The notes under the pieces: generated by a model | Told to the model about the DNA's origin: nothing | What the model saw: only the letters and a program-made list of their open reading frames with translations | Database searches by the model: none | Part shown: positions 13,041-26,476 of the stretch, one piece after another | Layout: each line of letters opens with the position of its first letter | Numbering within the stretch: the stretch's first letter is position 1 | Translations under genes and position numbers: made by a program | Assembly (NCBI RefSeq): GCF_009914755.1 | Contig: NC_060931.1 | DNA length: 64,000 nucleotides | Direction: 5' to 3' (one strand) | Source of the DNA: the human T2T-CHM13v2.0 reference genome, Homo sapiens

Positions 13041-13446
13041 TTATCTTTATCTATTTTCTGCTACTTTAACAATGCATGAGACTGGGTAATTTATAAAGAA
13101 CAGAAATTTATTCTCTCAGAGTCTGGAGGCTGAGAAGTCAAAGATTAAGGCACCAGCATCTTAGGGCCAGTTTCTCTGCTTCCAAGATGCTGCCTTGATC
13201 AGCCTTCCAAGATGCTCCCTGCCATTCTAGAGGGTAGGAATGCCAAGTCCTCACATGGTAAAGGACCAGAAGAGAGCAAACGGATTCCAGAAGCCCTTTT
13301 TATAGTGGCTTTAATCCATTAATGAAGGCAGAGCCCTCAATATGTAAACACATCCCATTAGGCCCCACCTCCCAATGTTGTTGCATTGGTGATTAAATTA
13401 AATTTCCAGCACATTAATTTTGGGGAACACATTCAGGCCATAACAG
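13041..13446 (-). mobile_element. MaLR LTR (MSTD/MLT1A-like)
   Basis: 'gagactgggtaatttataaagaacagaaatttatt...ctggaggctgagaagtcaaagattaagg...ggccccacctcccaat...ttttggggaacacattcaggccataaca'. Confidence 0.8.
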
Positions 13447-13668
13447 ATATATAGGGAGAGCAAAAGTAGACATAAGTAAGGCCAGATAATTTACTCTTAA
13501 TTGTGTTATAGTAATGTTAATATCTCCATAAATATATTTCTTAAGTTAGTGAAAACTTAAACCAAATAACAAAATGGTAAATTTGTTAATGTTACATGCA
13601 TTTTAGATCCTCTAATGTATTTCAGGCATTTTGGATATATTCTTTTGATCTTTGCTCATTTCTAACTA

Positions 13669-15815
13669 CAAGGAATGCCTCATTTCATTGTACTTCACTT
13701 AATTACAGTGTGCAGATATTGCTTTTTTAACACATTGAAGTTTTGTGGCAGCCTTGTGTTGAGCAAATCTACTGGTGCCAATGTTTGAACATATGCTCAC
13801 TTTGTGTCTCTGTGTCACGTTTTGGTATTTCTCCCAATATTTCAAACTTTGTCATCATTAGTATATCTGTTATGGTGATTTGTGTTTAGTGATTTTTGAT
13901 GTTACTGTAGTAATTATTCTGAGGCACTATGAACTGCACTCCTAGAAGATGCCGAACTTAATAAATATGTGTTCTGACAGCTCTAGTGATCAGCTGTTCC
14001 CCATCTCTCTCCCTCTCATTGGGCCTTCCTATTTCCTGAAAGACGATAATATTAATATTTGGTTAATTAATAACCCTATATTGGCCTTGAAGTGTTCAAG
14101 TGAAAGGAATAGCCACACATTTTTCATTTTAAATCAAAAGCTAGAAATGATTGAGCTTAGTGAACAAAGCATGTAGAAAGCCAGTATGGGCCAAAACATA
14201 GGCCTTTTATGCCAAACAGCCAAATTGTGAATGTAAAGGAAGGAAGTAAAGGAAAGAAGCCATCTTCATAACATAAAAGTGCAAAATGAAGTAGCAGGTG
14301 CTGATGTAGAAGCTGCAGCAAGTTATCCAGAAGATCTAGCTAAGATAATTGATGAAGGTAGCTACACTAAACAACAGATTATTACGGTATTCAAAGTAGC
14401 CTTCTGTTGGAAGAAGATATCATCTGGACTGTCAAAGCTAGAGAGAAGTCAGTTCCTGGCTTCAAAGCTCAAAGGACAGGCTGACTCCTTTGTCGGGGCT
14501 AATGTAGCTGGTTACTTTAAGGTGGAGCCAATGCTCCTTGACAATTCTGCAAATCTTAGGGCCCTTAGGAATTATGTCAAATCTACCTTGCCTGTGCTCC
14601 GTACATGGAACAACAAAGCCTGGATTACACTGCGTCTGTTTACAGCATGGTTTACTGAATATTTTAAGACCACTGTCGAGACCTAGTGCTCAGAAAAAAA
14701 AATTATTTTAAAATATTATTTCTCATTGACAATGTACCTCATTACCCAAGAGCGCTGATGGAGATGTGTAGGGAAATTAATATTGCTTTCATGCCTACTG
14801 ACACAGCATCCATTGTGCAGCCCATGGATCAAGGAGCAATTTTTATACATTTCATAAGGTTGTGGCTGCCATAAATAGTGATTCCTCCGATGGATCTGGG
14901 CAAAAGAAATTAAAAACCTTCTGGAAAGGATTCACCATTCTACATGCCATTAAGAACATTCGTGATTCATAGGAGGAGGTTGAAATACCAATATTAATCA
15001 GGGTTTGGAATAATTTGATACCAGCATGCATGGATGACTTTGAGGGGCTCAAGACCTCAGTAGAGGAAGTAACTGCAGATGTGGTGGAAATAACAGAGGA
15101 TTAAAATTAGAAGTGGAGCCTGAAGATGTCACTGAATTTCTGCAATCTTATGGTCAAACGTGAATGGATGAGAAGTTGCTTCTTATGGATGAGCAAAGAA
15201 AGCAATTTATTGAGATGGAATCTATTCCTGGTGAAGATCCTGTGAACATTACTGAATCGACAGCAAAGGATTTAAAATATTTCATAAATTTAGTTAATAG
15301 AGCAGTGGCAAAATTTGAGGGAATTGACGCCAATTTTGAAAATTCTACTGTGGGTAAAATGCTATCAAATAGTATCGCATGTAACAGAGAAATCTTTTGT
15401 GAAAGGAAGAGTCAATCAATGCAGTAAACTTCATTGTTCTCTTATTTGAGGAAATTGCCACAGCCACTCCAATTTTCAGCAGCCACCGCTTTGATCAGTC
15501 AGCAGCCATCAACATCAAGGCAAGACCCTCCACCAGTAAAAAGGTTATGATGTGCTGATGGAACAGATGATAGTTAGCATTTTTTAGCAATAAAATATTT
15601 TTAAATTAAGATGTATTTTTTAGACGTAATGCTATTGCACACTTAATAATGTTCAATATAGTGTAAACATAACTATTATATGCACTGGAAACCACAAAAT
15701 TCATGTGACTTATTTTATTTTGATATTCACTTTATTACAATACTTGCTTTATTGTGATATTTGCTTTTTTTGCAATGGTCTGAGCCAAACTTGTAATATC
15801 TCCAAGGTATGCCTA
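13669..15815 (+). mobile_element. Tigger1 DNA transposon, near full length, internally deleted
   Basis: Degenerate TIRs (CAAGGAATGCCTC...AAGGTATGCCTA) with TA on both flanks; transposase peptides [44 protein letters not shown]. Confidence 0.95.
14085..15427 (+). pseudogene. Disrupted Tigger1 pogo/DDE transposase
   Basis: ORFs 14279-14686 and 14686-14874 are frameshifted DDE-domain fragments; 15164-15427 is downstream Tigger1 coding sequence; multiple stops. Confidence 0.85.
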
Positions 15816-17344
15816 TATTTCTTGGCACAAAATATAGAAAAACTTTGCAAAAAGACAGAATTTTTTTACTGTAGAAAGTGTCAAATTTACATTAGAAGAC
15901 AAATGTATGGTAATATTAAACAACAGGTTTAAATATGAGTTGAAATGTTGGCTTAGATTCTCTCTAAGATCACTTTCACCCTCAGGAATTGCTAATCATC
16001 ATAATTATGGGCTGTCCAATTTAGCTATTGTTAACTGAGGTCCCATAGGATAGGGATGAGGTCCCATTGTCTCTCTTATTATTTTGTGGCAGAGATTCAA
16101 ATAAAATAATGGTGACTGCTGCTCCTGGATTTGCAGACCATAAGATGAGGCATCCTTAGAGCACTGGTTGTTTGTCTGGAAGAGACATCCATCCTCTCCG
16201 GTTGACTGTCTGGGTCTGCACGCCCTGAGCAGAGGGATTGTGGGTAGAGAGCATGCAGGGAAGGGCTAGAGGAATGATGAAGGTGAATAAAGGAGGTTGG
16301 AAACTTCGTATACTATAAATTGCAAGATTGCTAATCTAGGGACATGCATATGGAATGGAGGACTGTGTGATATTTGGAGAATGTGTAGTAAACTTAGAAG
16401 TAAAGTAGTGCCAGGGGCTTTCTGATTTGTTTTTAGATTCCGTATTTGGGTTCTGCTGAGGAGGTGCTTACCCTGAGCCAGGCAACATTTTGAATATGGT
16501 TTTGACTGAGATATTTTGATGTGTACCAAAACAAAAAAAGAGGTAGTAGCAAGTCTATGTTTTGTTTTGTTTCCCCATGATCAAGGAGGTAAAGAGAGAT
16601 CTTCATCCCATTGCTGTTTCCCATCTCTAGGTCTTGGGTATGGTCCCTAGAGGTCAGGGATATCAGTTGTACACATTTATCAGTGATAAATAGTAATTTT
16701 TACATTTTGACACTTTGCATCAAAAGGCTGTCTAAAGAACTAAGTGAAATATCCTGTTTAGAATTAAGGGCACAAGTAAGTGCCAGGTGATCGAACCAGA
16801 CCAGGGCCTAGGAGAAAAGCATAGCTTTGGGTCAGATTCTGAGCGGCTGGTAGGACACAAAGGGGAAGAAGTCAATGATTATGAAGGATATGGCCAGGTA
16901 AGAAGGTGGAGGCCAGTAAAACTTAAGAGTTCAGAGTCACAGAGGCTGACTTCGCCTTGGAATCCAGAGCAGGGGAGGAGCTGAACACCCAGCTCTGTCC
17001 TTGGCCTAGAGCCCGTGGGATTCTAGTGGGAACCCCTCTCCCTTTTCTACTGGTTTAACAATTTCTCTCCGTTGCCTCCCCAAACCCACACCATCCCACA
17101 TGCCCAGCAACCAGTGCCAGAGAGGTAGGCATGGTCAAACCGTATTATCCTTGGTTGGTGATTTTAGGGGCAGTAGATGGATTTTGTTGGCAACTAGAAA
17201 ATGGGCATTGGCAAAGGACAATGTACAATTGTTGCCTTCAAGAGTGGCCTGAGTGTTTCATGAATAAGAAAGTTTGAGAACACTCTAATAAAACAGTAAT
17301 AAAGAGTGTCAAAGAAGATTTTTGAGTTAAAATATATCAGTATG

Positions 17345-18132
<788 letters not shown>

Positions 18133-18899
18133 AAAATATGATGTAAAATCCCAATATATTATCTGTTCTACCCAAGTCATCTCTACCATAATTATGAAAT
18201 GTGATCGCCCTTCCTTTTCATATCCAGTTATTATGACAGGAACCTCCACTTGCCAAGTTGCTAGGAATTTGCCCATTTCAACATGCTCTCAAATGATTTA
18301 ATTAGCTCACTTGGGCAAGTTAATTAACCTCCCTATGCCTCAATTTTCTCCTCTATAAAATGAGGAGTCTGAGTCAAACTATGGCCCCAGATTTACCTGT
18401 GAATCTCTTACCATGAACTTCTTCCAGGATTATGCACAGTGAGAACAGCTGGGGACACCCCTCCTCTCTTCACAGGATTTTAGTCAGGTCCTGTGTGGCA
18501 CCAACAAGACAATAAAGAAGTAGGACATCATTGGTGAATTTCCCAAATCCCACATTTATGCATGGTCAATGTAAAACAGAACACAGTGCAGCTGCTTTGG
18601 TTGAAGTAGGGAGAGAAACTCAAAGCCCCATCTGCTCGGCTTCCCTGCTCACCTTAACCCTTCAAGCCACTCTGCTACGTTTAGAATGAAGATGAGATCC
18701 TCAAAGCATCATTTCTATAATAGTTTAGGAGAAGTTTATGGGCAAAGTCTCCTTTTTTCTGTCATGAATGAATCATTTTACTTTAGGGTAGCCATTGGCC
18801 CTGAATATGAAAAAAGAGGTTGCATAAGACATCAGAAAAAAAATAATTCTCTGTATATTTAATATTCTAAGTAAGAAACCAAAAAATTTAAAAATTACC

Positions 18900-19090
18900 C
18901 TGTGCTAGGTGCTTCAAAATATATTATGTTTATACTATCCGCCACAACTCTGTGAAAAACTATTGTCCTCCATATTATAGTTGATGAAAATGCCCCCCAC
19001 TTCCTCGGCAGAAGTGAAATAGTTTGACCGAGGTCATAATGCTCTTAAGTGATGGATTTGTATGATGCTGAAGGCCACATTCTTTCCATT
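18900..19090 (-). mobile_element. MIR (degraded)
   Basis: 'ctgtgctaggtgcttca...ccacaactctgtga...tattgtcctccatatt...gaagtgaaatagtttgaccgaggtca'. Confidence 0.5.
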
Positions 19091-20689
19091 CCCTTCTTCC
19101 CATTTGTGGAGCCTTCAGGAAGTGTATTGTGCTTCTTTAATTTTTGTTGTAATATATCATGATTCATTATTGCCGTGAGCAGAGAAGAGAGTCGAATAGA
19201 GTCAGTGAAAGTTGAAAAGCATTGCATACAAAGTTGGGAGCATTTAATTGACACGTTGTCATTGATAAAACTGACATCACCTTAGAGGCAGAGGACAAGT
19301 CCTCACATTGTTTCTGGGACAGGGGCATGGAAAAAGAGAAGCTTTCACTAACTCCCTTTATGTTGTGTATCTCAATGGCTACTAAATACACCTCTCTCCT
19401 TTCTTTTTTCTTTTCTTTTTCATGCCACAAAAAAAAAAAAAAGTACGGTAAATTTTTAGGAACTAGTTACAGTTATAACTAGTTACACCACTCCCATCTT
19501 CAAAATCATTTAGCTGTCCCAACTCATTAAAGGTCAAATGTGGTAACCAGAATATGGAGATGATCTTTGCTAACAAAGGTTCAGACTCTTTACACTGTGA
19601 GCTGGATTGGATTTAGATTTTGTATCAGTGGTTGACAGCCTATGATCTTAAGTTTAGTAGCTTAAGCAATTTATATTCATCAAAGTTACTGGTACCTTTT
19701 CCCTCTGCAGCTGATGGAAAACATGTCCTATTTAATTGGAAGGAAAAGCATCTTAAAATAACACTGAATCTTGGACATGTTGAAGAACAAATAGTTTCAT
19801 TTCCATGTAGTGCGAAATCCTCATTTTATTCGGGACATGGCTGACATGTTTATAAGCTAAGTTTCTTTTCAAACTAGAGAATCCCACAGATGTCTCATCT
19901 GGGAGGACTTATGAGCTGTGTGACTTACTTTATTGTTATTGTTAATAATAAAACAAACTGTTCAATTTAGAAACCATTTCTTATCCTTTTCATTGCTTTT
20001 TACACATTTCCTTTATAGTTATAAAAGGATTCTTTGTATTTTAATAGTTTATTCATTCATTCCAATAAAAATAGCTAAAAAATAAAATTACAATAGGCAC
20101 TGGGAGTACATCATGTCCTTGGAAACCATATTGGTACTACCGATATTAAAAGGACCAGACAGCCACAGATAAAATTCTGCCACCGCTTTCCTGAATGTAT
20201 AGAGGTCACTTTGGTAACATTGAATATTACTGCTGCAATGTAAATTTTCATTTAGGAAATGGGATCCTTTAAACATGCACAAATTATTTCAAGTTGAATA
20301 CCTAGGAAGTCAAAGGAGAACTTAAGGTCCTATCAACTACCCAAGAAAATATGACTCTTCTCCTCCATGAATGGGCCACACACTATGTGGCAGGTTTGGC
20401 TTTATATATCTTTGGAAACTTGGACATGTGTTTCATTGAACACTGGGGGTCTGGTAGATGTGGATGGATGGAGATCTTCTTTCAGCTAATATATGAAGTG
20501 TTAAAGTTTACATTTGCCTCTTGTATTCGTTGCCTTCCTGTCACTTGTCTTCCCTATTACCTCCTTTTAAGGGCTCTTATACTGGTGCATTGAACAGACT
20601 AGTGACAGTCTTGGTAATTTTTGTACTATGCACATTTATTCCTGTATTAACACAATCTATTATTTAGAATCAAGTGATTTCTGTAACTA

Positions 20690-20820
20690 GTAGCAAGCAG
20701 ATTAGAAGATCCATGAGATCAAGTATCATGTATCTTCCCCCTTAATCGCTGTATTACCAATGCAACCTAGTGGCTGCATCCAGTGGATGCGAAATGACTA
20801 TTTGATAATTGAATGAAATC
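20690..20820 (+). mobile_element. L2 3' end
   Basis: 'agattagaagatccatgagatcaag...ctgtattaccaatgc...tatttgataattgaatgaa'. Confidence 0.45.
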
Positions 20821-21262
20821 ATGTTGTCTATTTCTGGGTAGAAATATTGAAGCACAGGGCTTCAAAGTTATACAGCAAGTAGGTAAGAAGATAGGAACTA
20901 GAACTTATATCTTTTTGTTATCCTAATGAATCTCTGTTTTCCATCGGATTCTGTTTCTCCAAAAGAAAATCCTTAACATATAAAAATCAGATTGTTAATA
21001 GGTAGGTTAATTTTTCCCAAATTATTTATCAAACAGGGAATTGTTCTAGCCTAACTTCCTCAGCAAAACATCTTGGAGATAGAACTGTGCAATTGTTGTA
21101 CAACTTCAAGTTCAGATAAGTTTTTTTTTTCCTAGAATCTTTCAGACTGGATATGGAAACATCTATGAGCAATATGCATTTGATTCAGTTAACAGTAAAA
21201 TATAATTCAATTTATTGTAACAAGTGTGATCTACTTTACAAGCTTGAGGTACAAATAAGGTC

Positions 21263-21668
21263 ATGTGGTAGTCATCAGTGCTGTTTACCAAATATTTCCA
21301 GCTTTCTGACTTTTGGCAATGTGGCAGGATTCACTTTCTGGCTTTCTTATAGAGGGGTGGGATGAAGACTAGATCTGGCCATGGTGCCACAAACAGAGGG
21401 TTGTATGTCATTTCCAGGCCAGAGCATTCTGTATCCTGCCTGAGACCTTGAAGAGCTCTCATTTTCCTTGGCATGGTGGACTGATAAATGCTTGATACAG
21501 TGGCTTCTTTGTCAGCCTGGGTTCCTCAATGATTGAAAGGAACAGAGTCCACTATTGACCCACAGTTGAAATATAGCATGGAAGAGAAATGAACCTTTGT
21601 TGTTTTAAGCCACTGAGATTTGGAGTTGCTGTTCCTGTAACATAATTCAGCCTATCCTGACAAATATA
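21263..21668 (+). mobile_element. MaLR LTR (MLT1I/J-like)
   Basis: 'tgtggtagtcatcagtgctgtttaccaaatattt...aaatgaacctttgttgttttaagccactgagatttggagttg...cagcctatcctgacaaata'. Confidence 0.8.
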
Positions 21669-22408
21669 GGTACTATTTTTTATTTTCCAGCTAATCTTTG
21701 AGCCCTTCAGATATCATCTGCCTCCTCTATTAGTTTCTCCGAAAAAAAAAATCCAGTGTATTATTTTACCCAAAAAGGTCAGGAAAAGACTGAAAAGTCA
21801 TATTAGCATGCTTCTGCCTTTTCTCCATCTCTGTCACATAGTGTACCCATGGCTTCTCACAGACAAGTGGATTCTCATCTGCTGGAGTGATAATATCCTT
21901 GCAGGTCCAGATCTCTGCATAGGTAGTGCCACATGCCAAGATATCAGCTGTTTAAATTCACAACCTTAGCTGTTGCTTAAAGCGCAGCAGTGTGAAAGGG
22001 TAACTGAACCACAGCACTCAATATACTGGAACCATGCCTTTCTCTTGAGTTCTGGACCATGGTGGGCCCCTCTCTACCAGTAGACTATAGTTAGAGTGAT
22101 GATTCAGCCAAGAGATTCTAATTATCTTCACTACCAAAAGGGACGAAATCAACGTCTTGAACCTTGTTCAGGGAGCTGGACACATACACAATTAATTCAT
22201 GTATATCAGCATGCCAGGTCATTACTATACAGGCAGATGCTCTTTAGAAAGGCCAGTGGAGGGAGGATTCATAGAGGTGATAATTGTTTTGGGCATTCAT
22301 GTATATAAATTTCTTTTTCCTAGCAGAGAACTAGAGAAAGGGTCACTGCAAGAAGAGGGACTGTTCACGTAGACATGAAATCCAGAGTGAGAATGAGCAT
22401 GCAGGGGT

Positions 22409-22461
22409 CAAACATCTGTTTGATGGGACATCAACATCTGTTAACGGGACAAACATCTGTT
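22409..22461. repeat. Imperfect ~20-bp tandem repeat carrying three AACATCTGTT E-boxes
   Basis: AACATCTGTT at 22411, 22433 and 22452. Confidence 0.75.
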
Positions 22462-25427
22462 TGGATGCATGGGATGTGAGCCATAACTGTAGGATATTAT
22501 TTCAGAAAACCAGGTGGTCAAGAAGGTGACAGAAGATGGTAACTTTGACCAAGGAATGACAGCTACCATCCCAGACACAGGATCTGTGTAGATAGTGTGC
22601 AAATTTTCAAACCACACATGTGTGATACATGGCTCTCAGAATGGAGAGGGTTGACATTTGAGAGAGAGAGAATATTAGACCGTCAAAATACTGACAAGGG
22701 GATAATGATTCTTAATAAGAGCATCTCTCTCATCTCCAAGACCATCTTCTTTTCTGTCCACGATTCTAAACTTAATGGTGGCTGAAGAGTTGGAATTGTA
22801 AGGGGAACCTAAATGGGGCCTACCTTCCTCTCCACTTCCTTCTAAATGAAATACTGTCTCTTGTTGCTGCTGCCAACTTCCGATGCCACGGGAAGCAGGT
22901 CTGTTTTGTGGTCAGATGAGAGAGGGAGGTTGAAACCGACACTTTAAGGGAAGCCTCAGAAGCTGGTGCTCGAGATTTGCTTGCTACCCAATATTATCCT
23001 TGCCACAGGATACCATAGGGTTGGGAGAGGGTTTCTCAGAAGTTTGTGGGTAGCGTGTATATTCTCATTAATTAGGAAATTAAATTGTTCGCTGTAAATT
23101 GAAGGGTAAGGAATGTTTTTATTTAAAATTGAGGAAATGAAGTGTGGGAGGGTAGATGATAGCCATGCTTTTTACACCAAATTGCAGTGGTTTACTTGCT
23201 TTTGCTTTGAGGGTCATATTAACTTCAGCACCAAAGCTGGTCCCTTGGAATGCCTTTCAGTCCTCCTAAGAATGGATTCATTTTATAAGAGTTCCTGTAT
23301 GAGCATGATTCTGGGTAATATAAGTCACCTTATTGATTACAAGTTTTCATTCTCTTCCTCCAAACTGCCCGTCTGATTTTCTTTAATATTCTCTCTTACT
23401 CCTTGTAGAAACAAACTTAAAACCCAATTGCTTTTGATTTCTAAGCTAAGTTTCCCCAGGCTTACCAGCTTGTTGATAATACATAATAAACTGTAGTATT
23501 GCTTTCTACCCACTGGTGTAACTCTGGGCCTCTAGCTATACCTTCAAGCAGTCCTTTCTTATTTTCCTCACTCTAGCTCCCCTTACTGGAGTCCAAATCC
23601 CAGGAAGTCAAGTAGGGGTAGTGCCTGAGTGGGAGTGCTATATGGATACTGGTCTCAGCATTCAAAGAACCGGCACCATGTGCTCTGGAAGCCCTTCCAA
23701 AGTGCCCGTAGGGTGCCGGGATACCTGCGTTTCTCATTGTGAGGAGGCTGCACCAGGTCACATGTGAGGAGAATGCTTCTCTTCCTCTTTGCAGTTATAT
23801 TTTGTCTGTTGGGCTCTGGAGAAACATTTCTTGTGCCCGTCAGCAGTTCTTCTTTCTATGGGACTGGTACTATGACCCATACCTGAAGTTGAAAGCAGTC
23901 TGTTCTGCCAGTCACAGCCTCTTCCTGGATGTGTCTGCAAAACCATTTCATTATTCTTTTTCAGGAACCTTCCCCCAAACAAACAGAGCAAAAATTTCCA
24001 ACAACAGAGTTCCTGTTCACTCATTTCTTATGTGTGTGTGAATCCCAATGTAGACTCAAGCTGGATTTCTGTGCATCTAAGAAAGTTACTTCATGCAAGT
24101 CTCCCATTAGCCCAACCAACAAAGTTGTGCTGGAAACACTTTCACCCAAATCCCAGGCATCATTGTGGCTAGATGAATGGGTTACCAGGGCTGACTGATA
24201 ACACATGGTTTGCAGAATGTCATCTAAGGTATTCATTTTGTTAATGTTACAAGGTTTATTAGAGAACCTCTGTGCATCTGCTTAATCTCCAGGGCTTTCA
24301 CATCAGTTTGGGGGATATAATTGTAACAAGTTCTGTTCATTTTTCTTTGATGAGAGACATGGAGACTTTAACTTCCTAATTGATTTGAAAATTGAAGCCT
24401 CAAATACCTTTGGGAAGTAGAAATCATGAAAACCAGAGTAAACCACTTTTCTTTTTTTCTTGATCAAGGGGACATGTGAATTCAGAATTTCTGAAGAATC
24501 AAGGTAGAGAGTTTTTTTTTTTTTTTAATAAGACTTGTGGATTGGATTCAAATGAATAAGCATTCATTTCATATAAAGGGAGTAGATATGTCTGTGGCAT
24601 GAGGATGATGCTCAGAATTGTCTAGTTAGAGACAATTTTGTTTTGTTTTTAAGCTATCTTTACTTTGATATGGGGGAGGGGGCAGTTAAGTACTTTTTAA
24701 GGTACTTATGTTCAACACTATGTTCCAATAGTTTTTGGTCAAAACATGAAATGTACCACTGTCATTCTAATATAGCAACATAAATGGAATACTATAAATC
24801 TGAAGCCAGTTCTAGAAAGAAAGAGGAGAAAAGGATATTTTTTAAGTCCCATATTTATATGAAGTTCAAAACTGCTTATGGTAGTAGGCAAACAAAATTT
24901 CTTTAGTTTATCTATGTGCAGGACCCTTTGAATGGCCAGATGTATTAGTAGCAAATAGTTCAGTATTTGCTATTTGGATGTCTTAGGAAATAGCTTCCAG
25001 GTGGGAATCTGTAGAGTTTGGCATTGGGGTGTACAATCTAAAAACTCCTTGTTATTCTAGTTTACCTTTTGTCTTGTATTGACCTGAAGTTCCTAGCTCA
25101 TTTGATTGGCAAAGGGAGAGATCTGGGATCTGCAGACACCAGGTTCCCCTGTGGACTGTAACCGTCAAGAACACATGTCCTTGCCACAAATCTTTGAGGT
25201 ACTCATGTAATGGATTTCTGAGTGATAAAATAATACTGCTTAGAAACATTTTCTGAAGGTTTTGAGTCTGTTGTGGAAATACTTACATGAACCACAAAGT
25301 ACCCTGGCTTTATGCTGTGGTTCATTACCATGAAATTCCATGATGTGGAGTATCACAGGAACCTTACGCTTTGTCTTCTAGTATTTGACAACAGCAGCTC
25401 TGCATGAGAAAGCCTAAGCCTCTAAGA

Positions 25428-25634
25428 CAAGCTTGTCCAACATGCGGCCTGCAGACAGTTCGCAGCCTAGATGGCTCTGAATGTGGCCCAACACAAATTT
25501 GTAAACTTTCTTAAAATGTGAGGACTTTTTTTTTTTTTTCTCATCAGCTATCTTTAGTGTTAGTGTATTTTATGTGTGGCCCAAGATACTTCTTCAAATG
25601 TAGCCCAGGGAAGCCAAAAGATTGGACACCCTTT
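25428..25634 (-). mobile_element. MER30 hAT-Charlie MITE, full length
   Basis: Ends CAAGCTTGTCCAAC...AAAAGATTGGACACCC; 8-bp TSD (C/T)TCTAAGA at 25420-25427 and 25635-25642. Confidence 0.9.
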
Positions 25635-25637
25635 TTC

Positions 25638-25675
25638 TAAGATCTAACCCTTCAAATAAGATCTAACCCTTCAAA
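25638..25675. repeat. Perfect 19-bp tandem duplication TAAGATCTAACCCTTCAAA x2
   Basis: Read directly from sequence. Confidence 0.9.
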
Positions 25676-26032
25676 TTGCCAAATTCAAAGTGTATCTAAA
25701 AAAGGATTGCCCTTTGCCTGAGAGTTCGCATTTTAAAGCACTCAACATTTTCATTTAGAAATAGTTTCTTTGGACTTTTATAGACATACTCTTTCAAGTT
25801 TTTACCTTGGAGACCTCTTCATATAACAATACTTAGAATTTTAAACATGGTTTCACTTTAAGTAATCTCAGCCCAACTCTGTTGAGTGAAATAGATTTGT
25901 TTCCTCTCTCAATTGTGTCTGCTGTAATGTAGGATCAGATTATAGGTCAACCCTCAAACCATGGTTATATACTTAAGCCATGGGAAAAACCAACCAACCA
26001 ACCCCCAAACCTGAGTTACTGAGGCAGTAGGA

Positions 26033-26476
26033 TGCTGTGCTTTGCCATGGTTACCACGGGACTGAATGAAGGGGGATGAACCCAGAAATGAAAACTTAAA
26101 AGAAACTGTTTTAATGAAGGGATCTGTCGGGGGGAAGAAGAGGGCTCCCTGCTTCTAGTGAGCAAACACAGCAGCCCTGAGCCTTTACAGCCCTTCGTAT
26201 TTATTGGGTAGAAAGAGCAGGGAGGAGGAGGTAACGACTGGTCAGCTGCTTGACTGATCACAGGTTCACATTATTGCTAACAGGCTTCAGATGTGTCTAT
26301 TCACAAGAAACACTTGTGCCTGGGTTGTGACTGCCCTCAGTATTCCTTCTGGACCACAGACTCAGTTTGTCAGTTTGCCAACATCCTGCTTTCATGAGAA
26401 CAGTTTGCTGTTTACTCATATAGCCTCCAGTGGTATACAGAGCTGATCATGACCCTCACTCTTTTGGCTTGCAACA
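26033..26476 (-). mobile_element. Solo ERV LTR, LTR3-like (HERV-K HML-6)
   Basis: TG...CA termini; perfect 6-bp TSD GTAGGA (26027-26032, 26477-26482); minus strand begins TGTTGCAAGCCAAAAGAGTGAGGGTCATGATC, as I recall for LTR3; minus-strand AATAAA near 26200. Confidence 0.8.

Noticed and set aside
14279-15427. Domesticated transposase (TIGD-like) gene
   Set aside because: It has multiple frameshifts and stops and lacks the HTH region; it is a fossil Tigger1.
20761-20774. CTCF-like motif (minus strand GCCACTAGGTTGCA)
   Set aside because: It has a mismatch at a core G and lies in a degraded L2.
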